A DNA stretch of 32,000 bases from Ktedonobacterales bacterium (GCA_030167145.1 CP126532.1:1290001-1322000); one strand, 5' to 3'; shown: positions 1-8,108, numbered from the stretch's first letter. Made by a program: numbers and translations. The notes: generated from the letters alone by a model not told the origin.

Positions 1-2015
1 TGGCTCTGGGGCAGCAGCGCGTTCATGGTGGCCGCGTCCGCTGTGCCGAGATTGCGGCCGGTGTGGGCATCGTGGAAGCCGCGCGCCAGGGTGACGGGGG
101 GCACATCGCCTGCCGCGAGGTTGACGCCGTCCAGTCCGCTGAGTGCGGTGTTGGCGCCGGTGCTATCGGGCGGCAGGAGTTGCGCGAGTGGCACGCCGTT
201 GACGGCGACGATGGTATCGGGAACGGCGCGCGTGACCAGCAGATGCGAGATGCCGGAGGTATGCGCCAGTTGCGCGGAGACCAGTGGGGCATCCTGGCCG
301 CTGGCGATGATGAAGGCGTTATCCTGCTCGTGGGTGGCGGCGAGTTGCGCGAGAGAATCTTTCAAGCCCTGGCCGAGCGCGAGGCCGATGCCGATGGCGA
401 AGACGCCGCAGAAGAGGGCAACGAGTGTCGTGGCGTTGCGGAGTTTCGCGCGCCCGATGTTGCGCATGGCCAGGCGGATATCGGCCTTCGCGCCACGCGG
501 CAGCAGGAGCGCCGCGGTGCCGCAGAGTCCGAGGATGAGCAGGAGTACGCCCAGGCCGGGGGAGAATCGCAGGAGCGCTGCGCCCACCAGCAGCGCCAGA
601 GCAACGAGCGCGAGATAACCCCAGCGCAGGCCGTTGGGCACGGTGAACTTGCTGAGCAGCCATGCCAGCCCGGCGAAGCAGAAGGTCAGCAAGGACAGGA
701 GCAGCCCCGCGCCCGCGACCACGCCGAACGCCAGCAGGGGGTTACGCAGGATGCTGAGCGCCAGCAGGAAGAAGAGCGCGCCAAGCAGGCTCACCAGCAA
801 CGTCGAGGAGATCGCGCGGCGGCATCCGCCCGGCTCCGGCGCTTCGCGCAGCACCGCCAGCGGACGCACGGCGCTATTCTGGGCGATGGGCAGCAGGCCG
901 AAAATGAGGGTGGTCGCGCAGCCGATGGCGACACCTGAGGCGACGATCAGTGGGTCAATGACGACGGGCAGGGTCATGAAAAAGGCACGCGCGACCAGCG
1001 CGGAGACGAGCAGGCTGACGCCGACGCCCGCAGCCGCGCCCAGCGCGCCACCAGCAATTCCGAGCAGCGCCGCCTCCAGACCGAACATAAGCAGCAGGTC
1101 GCGCTGGCGGTAGCCGGTCGTCTTGAGCATGGCGATTTCGAGCAAGCGGCGGCGCAGCAAGACCTGCATGGTGTTGATGATGCCAACGCCACCGATCAGC
1201 AATGCCAGCAGGCCAATTACCTGAAGGAAGTTGCGTAGCCCCTGGATCTGGTCGCGCGCATCTTGCTCAGCCTGGCGGACGGTGGTGGTGGTGACGAGCG
1301 GGAAATGCTGGCGAATGCGGGCGGAGACGGCGGTGGCGGCGACATCGCTGTGGCTGGGGACGTTGACCCAGAGCCAGGTGTAGCCAGCGGGCGCGCCAGC
1401 GAGGCTGGGCATGGCGTCGTAGGCTTGCTGGCTGAGGAGCATGTCTGGGCGGCCCAGGAGAAAGCCAGTGTTGGCGATGACGCCGCCGATGGTGACAGAG
1501 CCGGTGCGGCCTTCATCGGTGATGATGGTGAGGGTGTCGCCGGGGTGGACGTGGAGATATTGCTGGAGGCTTTCGGTGACGACGACGGTGTTGCCGGTCA
1601 TCACGGTGGCGAGCGAGGCATTGGCGGGAGTAAGAAACTGGATGCCGCCGCTTAGCGGCCAGACGGCAGGATCTACCGTCTCGAAGCCGAAACGCTGCAA
1701 GCCGCTGGCGGTGGAGGTGGTGGCGCTGCTGGAGACGGATGCGGTGTAGTCGGTGATGAGACCTTGAGACTTCAGCGCGGCGAAGTAGGTGAGTTGTCCG
1801 GTGGTGAGGTCGTGCGATTCGGTATGCACGGCGATGTCGCCACCATTGAGGGCGCGGATGTTGCCGGAGAGCGCGGCGTTGACCATGCCACCGACGAGTT
1901 GGAGCGCAACGATCACCAGGACGCCGATGGCGACACAGAAGACCGCGAAGACGCTGCGCTGCCCGCCGCGCGCGAGCGAGCGCATGGCGTATTTCGCGTA
2001 CATGGCGGCTTTCAT
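1..2015 (-). CDS. ABC transporter permease, MacB/YbbP-like with two FtsX-type modules (partial: 3' end runs off the left edge, so absent from the supplied ORF track)
   Basis: Own reverse-strand translation from ATG 2015..2013: MKAAMYAKYAMRSLARGGQRSVFAVFCVAIGVLVIVALQLVGG... The frame stays open to base 1 (671 codons). FtsX-like segment LLIGGVGIINTMQVLLRRRLLEIAMLKTTGYRQRDLL. A second module begins near codon 515 (RLAMRNIGRAKLRNATTLVALFCGVFAIG). ATGA start/stop overlap with the upstream ATPase gene. No listed minus-strand ORF shares this frame. Confidence 0.85.
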   Translation of the reverse strand, partial: MKAAMYAKYAMRSLARGGQRSVFAVFCVAIGVLVIVALQLVGGMVNAALSGNIRALNGGDIAVHTESHDLTTGQLTYFAALKSQGLITDYTASVSSSATTSTASGLQRFGFETVDPAVWPLSGGIQFLTPANASLATVMTGNTVVVTESLQQYLHVHPGDTLTIITDEGRTGSVTIGGVIANTGFLLGRPDMLLSQQAYDAMPSLAGAPAGYTWLWVNVPSHSDVAATAVSARIRQHFPLVTTTTVRQAEQDARDQIQGLRNFLQVIGLLALLIGGVGIINTMQVLLRRRLLEIAMLKTTGYRQRDLLLMFGLEAALLGIAGGALGAAAGVGVSLLVSALVARAFFMTLPVVIDPLIVASGVAIGCATTLIFGLLPIAQNSAVRPLAVLREAPEPGGCRRAISSTLLVSLLGALFFLLALSILRNPLLAFGVVAGAGLLLSLLTFCFAGLAWLLSKFTVPNGLRWGYLALVALALLVGAALLRFSPGLGVLLLILGLCGTAALLLPRGAKADIRLAMRNIGRAKLRNATTLVALFCGVFAIGIGLALGQGLKDSLAQLAATHEQDNAFIIASGQDAPLVSAQLAHTSGISHLLVTRAVPDTIVAVNGVPLAQLLPPDSTGANTALSGLDGVNLAAGDVPPVTLARGFHDAHTGRNLGTADAATMNALLPQS

Positions 2016-2758
2016 GATGCGCTCCTCGCGCTGGTCGCGTCGCCCGCGATGAGGCCATCCACGATGGTGATGGCGCGGTCACAGGTGGCGGCGACGGTGG
2101 GATCATGGGTGGCGATGATGAAGGTCGTGCCTGTCGAGGCGCGCAGATCCCGCACCATCCGCAGCACATTCTCACTGTTCGCCCGGTCCAGGTTGCCGGT
2201 CGGCTCATCCATGATGATGATCGCCGGGTTGGTGGCCAGGGCACGCGCCACCGCGACCCGCTGCTGCTCACCGCCGGAAAGCTGGTTGGGCTTGTTGCCC
2301 AGCCGGTGCCCCAAGCCCACCAGGGTCAGCAACTCCTGGGCGCGGCTGGCGGGACTGCCAGGATGCTTGCCGACGTAGAGCGGCACCTCGACGTTCTCCT
2401 GGGCGGTGAGGGTGGGGATGAGGTTGAAGGCTTGGAAGACCATGCCGATCTTCTGGTTGCGGATGCTGGCGAGCTGGCCTTCGCTGGCGCGGGTGATGTC
2501 GACCCCATCCACCAGCACCTGGCCCTGCGTGGGGCGGTCGAGGCCGGCGATGATGCCCAGCAGCGTCGATTTGCCGGAGCCGGAGGGGCCGATGATCGCG
2601 ACGAGTTCGCCGTGCTGGATGCGCAGACTGACCCCTTTGAGGATGTCAATGCGCTCGCGGCCCAGCGGTAGCGATTTGTAGACAGCAATCGCTTCCAGGG
2701 CGGCGCCGATTGCTGCCGCGCCTGGCTGTTGGCGATGCGGCCCTAGGCTGGTTTCCAT
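2012..2758 (-). CDS. ABC transporter ATP-binding protein (MacB/LolD-like)
   Basis: Part of ORF 2012..2965. Walker A GPSGSGKST, signature LSGGEQQRVAVARAL, Walker B IIIMDEPTGNLD, H-loop IATHD. Start moved to internal ATG at 2758 (METSLGP...) because the upstream 69 codons look non-coding. Confidence 0.9.
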   Translation of the reverse strand: METSLGPHRQQPGAAAIGAALEAIAVYKSLPLGRERIDILKGVSLRIQHGELVAIIGPSGSGKSTLLGIIAGLDRPTQGQVLVDGVDITRASEGQLASIRNQKIGMVFQAFNLIPTLTAQENVEVPLYVGKHPGSPASRAQELLTLVGLGHRLGNKPNQLSGGEQQRVAVARALATNPAIIIMDEPTGNLDRANSENVLRMVRDLRASTGTTFIIATHDPTVAATCDRAITIVDGLIAGDATSARSAS

Positions 2759-2891
2759 TGGTTGGTGGTCCCTTTCCACGTATTCGCGGGCACAAAAACC
2801 CCATATGCGCCCAATGGCTGGGTGGCTCCTGGTAGATTCGTATGAATATGCATGGATGCGGCGAGTGTGGTTGCGCACCCTGGTGGGGAGG

Positions 2892-3824
2892 CTAGGCGAC
2901 GTTGGTGACGACGCCTGCCGCTTGTTGGGCGCGCGGTCCGCTGTAGCCACGAATGAGCGCGACAATGGCGATGAAGGTGAGGAAGGCCATGGCGGCGACG
3001 TGGGCGAGCCAGGAGCGGGTGAGGTCTAGCTTCCAGACGCCAAATGCGGTGGCGAAGTAGGTGGGGTCGTCGGCGCGGGTGGTGAGACCCCAGGCGATAA
3101 CGCCGCCGAGCATGGCCAGCATGGCGAGGGTGGCGACGGTGGCGGGCCAGAGTGAGAAGCGGAAGAGGCGCGGGTTGATCTGGCTGCGGGCAATGGCGAC
3201 CGAGACGGCGAGGGTGCTGGCCAGCGCCGCGAGCAGAAAGAGGGCGATCCACGAGCCGAAGACCCAGAGGTTGGAGGTGCTTTGTGCGCTGGCTGTCGCA
3301 TGGCTGGGCGCGATGATGTTGAGGATGGTCCAGGTCCAGGCGAGCCAGATGGCGAGGGCGATGGGCGGGACAAGGTAGAGCAGGAGGATATCCCAGCGTT
3401 TCGCGGCCAGGGCCTGGCGCGCGGAGGCGAGGGCGATGGGCAGGCCACCGACGAGCACGGCAAGCAGGGCGACGACTGCGCCAGCCATGACGACATGGTA
3501 GGCGAGACCGATGTCGGGGTGGGCGGTGGAGAGGCGGTTGATGTCGTCTTCAACCATCTGGTTGAAGCTGAGTCCGGCGACGACGAAGCCGATATAGGCG
3601 CAGAAGACGGTGATGGCAGTGCGACGCGGGCGATTGAGCATGGCGAGGATCCTCCCAGTTTCGTCGAGGGGATGAATATGCGCGTCAAGGGCGCCGAAGA
3701 GTACGTCGAGCAGGGTCATGGGTGTGAGCGGGCAGGCTGCGAGGACTGCGGCGAATTCGTCGCCGTAGCGCACCCGCCAGTAGCGCGGATAGAGTTGGAG
3801 CAGCCACGAGCCTCTGGTATGCAT
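2892..3824 (-). CDS. Polytopic membrane protein of unknown function, PadR-associated
   Basis: Part of ORF 2892..3920. Start set to ATG 3824 (MHTRGSWLLQLYPRYWRVRYGDEF...), which has GGAGG 8 nt upstream and lies 13 nt after the PadR stop. Multiple hydrophobic helices. Confidence 0.7.
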   Translation of the reverse strand: MHTRGSWLLQLYPRYWRVRYGDEFAAVLAACPLTPMTLLDVLFGALDAHIHPLDETGRILAMLNRPRRTAITVFCAYIGFVVAGLSFNQMVEDDINRLSTAHPDIGLAYHVVMAGAVVALLAVLVGGLPIALASARQALAAKRWDILLLYLVPPIALAIWLAWTWTILNIIAPSHATASAQSTSNLWVFGSWIALFLLAALASTLAVSVAIARSQINPRLFRFSLWPATVATLAMLAMLGGVIAWGLTTRADDPTYFATAFGVWKLDLTRSWLAHVAAMAFLTFIAIVALIRGYSGPRAQQAAGVVTNVA

Positions 3825-3837
3825 GTGCGCGCCTCCG

Positions 3838-4155
3838 CTAAATGAGTGCCAGACGGCGCAGGCCGGTGGTGGCGAAGGCGTGGAGGCTGGTGAGTTGCTC
3901 ACGCAGGGCTGCCACACCAAGGCCGGTGATCTGATACGGCCGGCGGCGGTCTTCGGCGGCGAGCGGGGCGATCAGGCCGCGCTGCTCGAGGCGGGCGAGC
4001 GCGCCATAGAGGGTGCCGGGGCCGAGGCGGACGCCGGCCATCTGTTCGATGTCTTCGATCATGGCGTAGCCGTGCTTAGGGCTGCCGGCGAGGCTGGCCA
4101 GGATCAATAGCGATGGGTCGGAAAACCGGCCGAGATCGGAAAGGTCAGTGCCCAT
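3838..4155 (-). CDS. PadR-family transcriptional regulator
   Basis: 105-aa ORF. The winged-helix region ILASLAGSPKHGYAMIEDIEQMAGVRLGPGTLYGALARLEQRGLI is typical of PadR. Confidence 0.85.
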   Translation of the reverse strand: MGTDLSDLGRFSDPSLLILASLAGSPKHGYAMIEDIEQMAGVRLGPGTLYGALARLEQRGLIAPLAAEDRRRPYQITGLGVAALREQLTSLHAFATTGLRRLALI

Positions 4156-4219
4156 CCACGGTTCCTCATTTTCTCCTACGTGCCACGATAGTACGTGTGG
4201 CGTTATATCGTCTGACGTA

Positions 4220-4249
4220 ATGGTAACGTGGAGGGTGGGGTGGTGTCAA
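4220..4249 (-). promoter_or_regulatory. Candidate sigma70-type promoter of the PadR operon
   Basis: Minus strand reads TTGACA (4249..4244), 18-nt spacer, TACCAT (4225..4220). The start codon is about 57 nt downstream. Repeated TACGTG and a GCCAC-N10-GTGGC dyad (4177..4201) lie between the -10 and the RBS and could be an operator. Confidence 0.4.
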
Positions 4250-4314
4250 GTGGTTGAGGAGTGAGGGAGGAGGTGGGGTAGGTAGACGAGGAAGGTGGGT
4301 ACATACAAACCTAA

Positions 4315-4372
4315 CACCTCCAGAGCGGGGATGCTTGGCTGTGAGAGCCAGTATGTTCCCTGTCTGGAGGTG
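4315..4372. terminator. Long extended hairpin, possibly a bidirectional intrinsic terminator
   Basis: Perfect 10-bp outer stem CACCTCCAGA (4315-4324) / TCTGGAGGTG (4363-4372). Inner pairings GGGA/TCCC and TTGGCT/AGCCAG. On the plus strand it is followed by CGATTTTTAG; on the minus strand by TTAGGTTTGTATGT. It lies 134 nt downstream of the minus-strand gene ending at 4506. Confidence 0.4.
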
Positions 4373-4505
4373 CGATTTTTAGCTGAACTGCTGCGCATGT
4401 GAGCGCCGGATTAGCGAACCAGTGGCAGTTACAGTCATGCGCGCGCTTGGTTCATGTGCAACGCCTCATGAAGCCGCCGGTTCAAATATCGGCGCGAAGA
4501 GGGCA

Positions 4506-5141
4506 TTAGTCTGAAGCGCAGGCGGGTTTCGTGTAGCCTGTATATGCGCAGGCATAGGGATTGGTGCCGCTGCCGTCCTCGGCGAATCCGCGAGCCTGCA
4601 CGTCGGCGGTGGGGGCATAATACATGTTTCCGTACCATACCTTGGTGCCCGCCTGGAAGTCAGTGGCGCCGCACCAGTTGTCGCAGTAGTCGTATCCATA
4701 CGTCGAGTTGTTCAACTGGCTCAGGTAGGTCAGTGATCCACCTGAGCCGATCAGCCAGAGCTGTGCGTGGATGTCCAGCCAGCAATCGGCGTACAAACAT
4801 CCGCCGTTATCGTTCATTACGGTGCGTGCCCAGTTGGTTTGGCAGGTGGGGGACCATATAACGTAGACGGTTCCGTAAGGGCCAGCCCCAAAATACGTGT
4901 AGAGAGTCGCGGAGCGCACTGCGTAGGAGCCTGAGACGCACCCTGCGGCATACGGATCAACGCCGTCGCAGTGGGCATGGCTGGGAGACGAGGCGCAGGC
5001 GCTGGTCAGCGCGATGGTGGTGTGGGCGGGGGCGGCGTGCGCGGTGGTCGCTTTGGTGAGATTGCCACCCAAGAGGAGCGCGGCGACGAGCATCGCGGCG
5101 ATGCCGAGCTTCTTGAACGCTGCTCGCTGGTTTCGGAGCAT
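4506..5141 (-). CDS. Secreted Cys-rich protein with a DUF2690-like domain
   Basis: Part of ORF 4506..5204. Start set to ATG 5141 (MLRNQRAAFKKLGIAAMLVAALLLGG..., a signal-peptide-like N-terminus). The motif pattern HCDGVDPYAAGC...GTVYVIWSPTCQTNWART matches my recollection of DUF2690 (C-DG-DP..GC ... YS..C.T.WAR). Confidence 0.6.
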   Translation of the reverse strand: MLRNQRAAFKKLGIAAMLVAALLLGGNLTKATTAHAAPAHTTIALTSACASSPSHAHCDGVDPYAAGCVSGSYAVRSATLYTYFGAGPYGTVYVIWSPTCQTNWARTVMNDNGGCLYADCWLDIHAQLWLIGSGGSLTYLSQLNNSTYGYDYCDNWCGATDFQAGTKVWYGNMYYAPTADVQARGFAEDGSGTNPYACAYTGYTKPACASD

Positions 5142-5166
5142 CTTGCTTTCCCTTTCGTGCATGTGT

Positions 5167-5192
5167 TCTGGCCAGGGACGCTCTCTGGCCAG
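5167..5192. repeat. Two copies of TCTGGCCAG (palindromic core CTGGCCAG) spaced 17 bp apart
   Basis: Copies at 5167-5175 and 5184-5192, 26-51 bp upstream of the DUF2690-like start codon in the divergent control region. Confidence 0.6.
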
Positions 5193-5223
5193 AGCTGGCT
5201 TCAAGACAGCGCATCTATCCTAG

Positions 5224-5252
5224 TTGACAACTGCCAGGCGGGCCTATATCAT
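5224..5252 (+). promoter_or_regulatory. Candidate sigma70-type promoter of the STAND gene
   Basis: TTGACA (5224-5229), 17-nt spacer, TATCAT (5247-5252). About 105 nt upstream of ATG 5363. Confidence 0.5.
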
Positions 5253-5264
5253 CCCTATATCATC
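5243..5264 (+). repeat. Perfect 11-bp tandem direct repeat CCTATATCATC x2, overlapping the -10 element
   Basis: 5243-5253 equals 5254-5264 base for base; identity breaks on both sides. Confidence 0.9.
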
Positions 5265-5362
5265 TTTACGTCAGTTTCCTATCGCGTTGGTGTAGTGCGG
5301 CGGACTGTGGGTTGGTGAGGGAACGCGCGCTGTCGGGATGGCGGTGCGCGGAGGGGAGGGAG

Positions 5363-8032
5363 ATGACGAGCAAGGGGACGCATCCGGAGGTGGCGAGGAG
5401 GCAGACAAGGACGACGACCGTAAGGACGACGCCGAATCTGTATCTGCGGCAGGCGCGGGCGGAGCAGTGTCTTTCACAGGACGAGTTGGCTGAGCGGCTG
5501 GGCACGACGCAGGTGACAATCAGCCGGTGGGAGCGCGGGCTGACACGGCCTAGCCCGTATTACCGCCGCAAGCTGTGCGAAGTGTTTGATCTGACGCCTG
5601 CTGCGCTTGGGCTGGTGGCTGATGAGCACGAGGAGGGAGATCTGGCGGGGGAGGGTAGGGATGCGACGGTGTCAGTTGCCGCGCTTCCCCGCATACATGA
5701 GCCAACAATGCTGATCCCGCCGCTATCGCCGTATGGGCTGGTTGGGCGCGAGGCGCTGGTGGAGACGCTCGCGCGGCGCCTGTGCGACTTGCTTCCGGGT
5801 GCGGCATATGCGCTGTACGGGCTGCCCGGCGCAGGCAAGACGGCGCTGGCAATTATGCTTGCGCGCCATCCAGAGATACTGGAACGTTTTCCCGATGGGG
5901 TGCTCTGGGCTGGCGTGGGACATATGCCGAATATACCTGGACTCCTGGCGAGTTGGGGGACCAGGTTGGGCATGACTGCTATGGAGATGCGCCAGTTCAC
6001 CCGCGCGGATCATTGGGCGCGAGCAATCCATGCGGCCATTGGGGAGCGGCGGATGCTGATGGTGGTGGATGATGTGTGGAGTGTGCGGGATGCGGTGGCA
6101 TTCAAAGTTGGAGGGCCAGGGTGCGGGCATCTGATTACGACGCGGTTTGCGGCGATTGCGCTTGAGCTTGGTGGCGAGAACAGCAGTGCAGTGAGGGAAC
6201 TCAGCCAGGAGGCTGGTATCGAACTGCTGGAGCGGCTAGCGCCGCAGGTGGTGGCGAGCGCGCCTGGTGAGGCGCTACATCTGGTGCAGTCAGTAGGTGG
6301 GCTGCCTCTCGCAATCACATTGCTCGGCAGATATCTTCGGGTGCAGTCGCACGGGGGCCAGCAGCGCCGCCTGCGGGCAGCCTTCGAGCGGTTGCGCGAC
6401 GCGGAGGAGCGATTGCGGCTGGCGGCGATTTTCTCGCCGGTCGAACAGTCGCCGAATTGGTTGGCGAGCACACCAATCTCGCTGCAAGCTGCTATCGAGG
6501 TGAGCGAACAGCACTTGACTGCTACGGCGAGCAGGGCGCTGCATGCGTTGGCAGTCTTTCCGCCGAAGCCGAGTTCGTTTTCGGAAGAGGCGGCGCTGGC
6601 GGTATGTGTGGCTAATGCGGAAGAGACGCTGGATGTGTTGCTTGATGCGGATTTGCTGGAGAGCGCTGGCTCTGGCCGATATATGTTGCACCAGACGATT
6701 GCTGACTACGCGCGGCTCGGCTTAGGAGAAGGAATTGTTCGCGAGCGGATGGTGATGTTCTATTGCGCGTATGTGGAAAGGCATTTGTCAGATTACGCTG
6801 CGCTGGACCAGGAGAGCGCGAATGTGTTGGCGGCGCTGGAGCTGGCGCATACGGAGAGGATGGCGGAGACTCTGGTGAGGTATGTCTGTTTGGTCGCGCC
6901 ATTTCTGCTGGCACGCGGACTCTATGCGATTGCCGAGACACATCTGCGACGCGCGCACGATGCTGCCGTCGAATTGTGCGACGATGTGAGGCTGGCGCAG
7001 ATCTGGATGTATTTGGGATACGTTGCTGAGTTGCGCGGTGATCTGGCCCAGGCGGAATCGCTGTATGAGACGGGGATACAGGTCGCGCGCAGGACCGCGC
7101 AGAGCGAGACGCTGTGTGCGCTGCTGGCGCGTCGCGGCGAGGCGATTATCGCGCGTGGGCATTATCTGGAAGCTGAGCCGTATTTGGTGGAGGGTATCGC
7201 CCTGGCACGAAACCTGGGCGATCATCAGCGTTTGGGAGTGCTGATTCGCTTGCTTGGAGAGGTGGCCGACTGCGGAGGGGCGTCGGTTCGCGGTGATGCG
7301 CTGTATTTGGATGCGCTGCACCATGCGCAGGCGGTTCACGATGACGAAAATATCAGCGCGCTGCTCCAGAATCTTGGGGCGAAGGCTGTGCAACGCGGCG
7401 ATTATGCCGAGGCAGATGGTTACTATGCTGAGGGACTTATGCACGCGCGTGCGATTGGTCATCGCCAGCGCATGAGTGCGTTGCTCAACAATATGGGTGC
7501 GCTCGCTTGCCTGCGCAAGCGGTATGAGGAGGCGGAGACGCTCTGCGGGGAGAGCCTGAATCTGGCGCGTGCGATTGGGCATCCGGTGCGCACGAACAAC
7601 GCGTTGCAGAATCTGGGCGTTGTGGCGCGCGAGCGTGGAGCATACAAGGAGGCGGAACGGTATCTAGGCGAGGCGCTGGCTATCGCGCGGGAGATTCCAC
7701 ATGTGTTTCTGATAAGCGAAACGCTGTATGAGTGGAGCCAAATCTATGCGCGGCAGCGCCAATTCGAGCGGGCGAGCATGATGCTGGGGGAGGCGCTCGC
7801 GCTGGCCGAGGAGGTGGGCGCGCAGGAGGTGATGTCGCAGATTCACTATGGTCTGGCTCGCGTTGCTGCCGCGACGGGCGATCTGGCAGAGGCGCTGCGG
7901 CAGGGGCAACGCAGTCTGGAGATGTTCGACGCAATGCAACACGAGCAGAGCGGCACAGTGAGTGAGTGGCTTGATGCGCTGCGTCGTGAGATGCATGCGC
8001 AACGATCGGCGTCGCTGCCGTCATCATGGTAA
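5363..8032 (+). CDS. STAND NTPase: N-terminal XRE-type HTH + NB-ARC ATPase + C-terminal TPR array
   Basis: Part of ORF 5312..8032. Start set to ATG 5363, preceded by GGAGGGAG. HTH: LSQDELAERLGTTQVTISRWERGLTRPS. NB-ARC motifs: Walker A GLPGAGKTALA, Walker B MLMVVDDVW, HLITTR, GGLPLAI (GLPL), MLHQTIADYA (MHD-like). About 400 aa of TPR-like repeats follow (AEPYLVEGIALARNLGD, AETLCGESLNLARAIGH, and others). Confidence 0.85.
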   Translation: MTSKGTHPEVARRQTRTTTVRTTPNLYLRQARAEQCLSQDELAERLGTTQVTISRWERGLTRPSPYYRRKLCEVFDLTPAALGLVADEHEEGDLAGEGRDATVSVAALPRIHEPTMLIPPLSPYGLVGREALVETLARRLCDLLPGAAYALYGLPGAGKTALAIMLARHPEILERFPDGVLWAGVGHMPNIPGLLASWGTRLGMTAMEMRQFTRADHWARAIHAAIGERRMLMVVDDVWSVRDAVAFKVGGPGCGHLITTRFAAIALELGGENSSAVRELSQEAGIELLERLAPQVVASAPGEALHLVQSVGGLPLAITLLGRYLRVQSHGGQQRRLRAAFERLRDAEERLRLAAIFSPVEQSPNWLASTPISLQAAIEVSEQHLTATASRALHALAVFPPKPSSFSEEAALAVCVANAEETLDVLLDADLLESAGSGRYMLHQTIADYARLGLGEGIVRERMVMFYCAYVERHLSDYAALDQESANVLAALELAHTERMAETLVRYVCLVAPFLLARGLYAIAETHLRRAHDAAVELCDDVRLAQIWMYLGYVAELRGDLAQAESLYETGIQVARRTAQSETLCALLARRGEAIIARGHYLEAEPYLVEGIALARNLGDHQRLGVLIRLLGEVADCGGASVRGDALYLDALHHAQAVHDDENISALLQNLGAKAVQRGDYAEADGYYAEGLMHARAIGHRQRMSALLNNMGALACLRKRYEEAETLCGESLNLARAIGHPVRTNNALQNLGVVARERGAYKEAERYLGEALAIAREIPHVFLISETLYEWSQIYARQRQFERASMMLGEALALAEEVGAQEVMSQIHYGLARVAAATGDLAEALRQGQRSLEMFDAMQHEQSGTVSEWLDALRREMHAQRSASLPSSW

Positions 8033-8037
8033 GATGA

Positions 8038-8108
8038 GTGCGGGTGGGAGGCCGTATGCCGAGAAAGGTGCGTGCGGGTGGGAGGCCGTATGCCGAGAAA
8101 GGTGCGTG
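8038..8108 (+). repeat. Perfect tandem duplication, period 34 bp (2.09 copies), covering the hicA RBS and start codon
   Basis: Checked base by base: 8038-8074 is identical to 8072-8108. Unit is GTGCGGGTGGGAGGCCGTATGCCGAGAAAGGTGC. Identity breaks at 8037/8071 and 8075/8109. Confidence 0.95.

Noticed and set aside
63-938. 291-aa plus-strand ORF, and other ORFs in 23-1749, opposite the permease gene
   Set aside because: Low-complexity Gly/Ala/Arg/Glu-rich translations typical of antisense or off-frame ORFs in high-GC DNA. The minus-strand frame starting at 2015 gives a coherent FtsX-type permease.
2759-2891. GGGGTTTTTG (minus strand) after the membrane-protein gene as a terminator separating it from the ABC genes
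   Set aside because: I could build only 4-bp stems upstream of the T-tract. Insufficient for a confident terminator call.
4228-4300. G-rich tract (GGAGGGTGGGGTGG...GAGGGAGGAGGTGGGG) as a possible G-quadruplex or purine-rich regulatory element
   Set aside because: The G-runs are short and irregular. The tract overlaps the upstream part of the PadR promoter region. Without a G4 prediction score or conservation data this is not supportable.
4470-4500. tRNA-like T-loop sequence GGTTCAAAT
   Set aside because: The flanking stem would need a 10-nt loop, and no acceptor, D or anticodon arms can be built. Not a tRNA.
8038-8108. Tandem 34-bp repeat, and the GQ repeat at 30883-30978, considered as CRISPR-like arrays
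   Set aside because: There are no spacers: the units are directly abutting, and one tract is coding. There are no cas genes. These are a tandem duplication and a microsatellite respectively.
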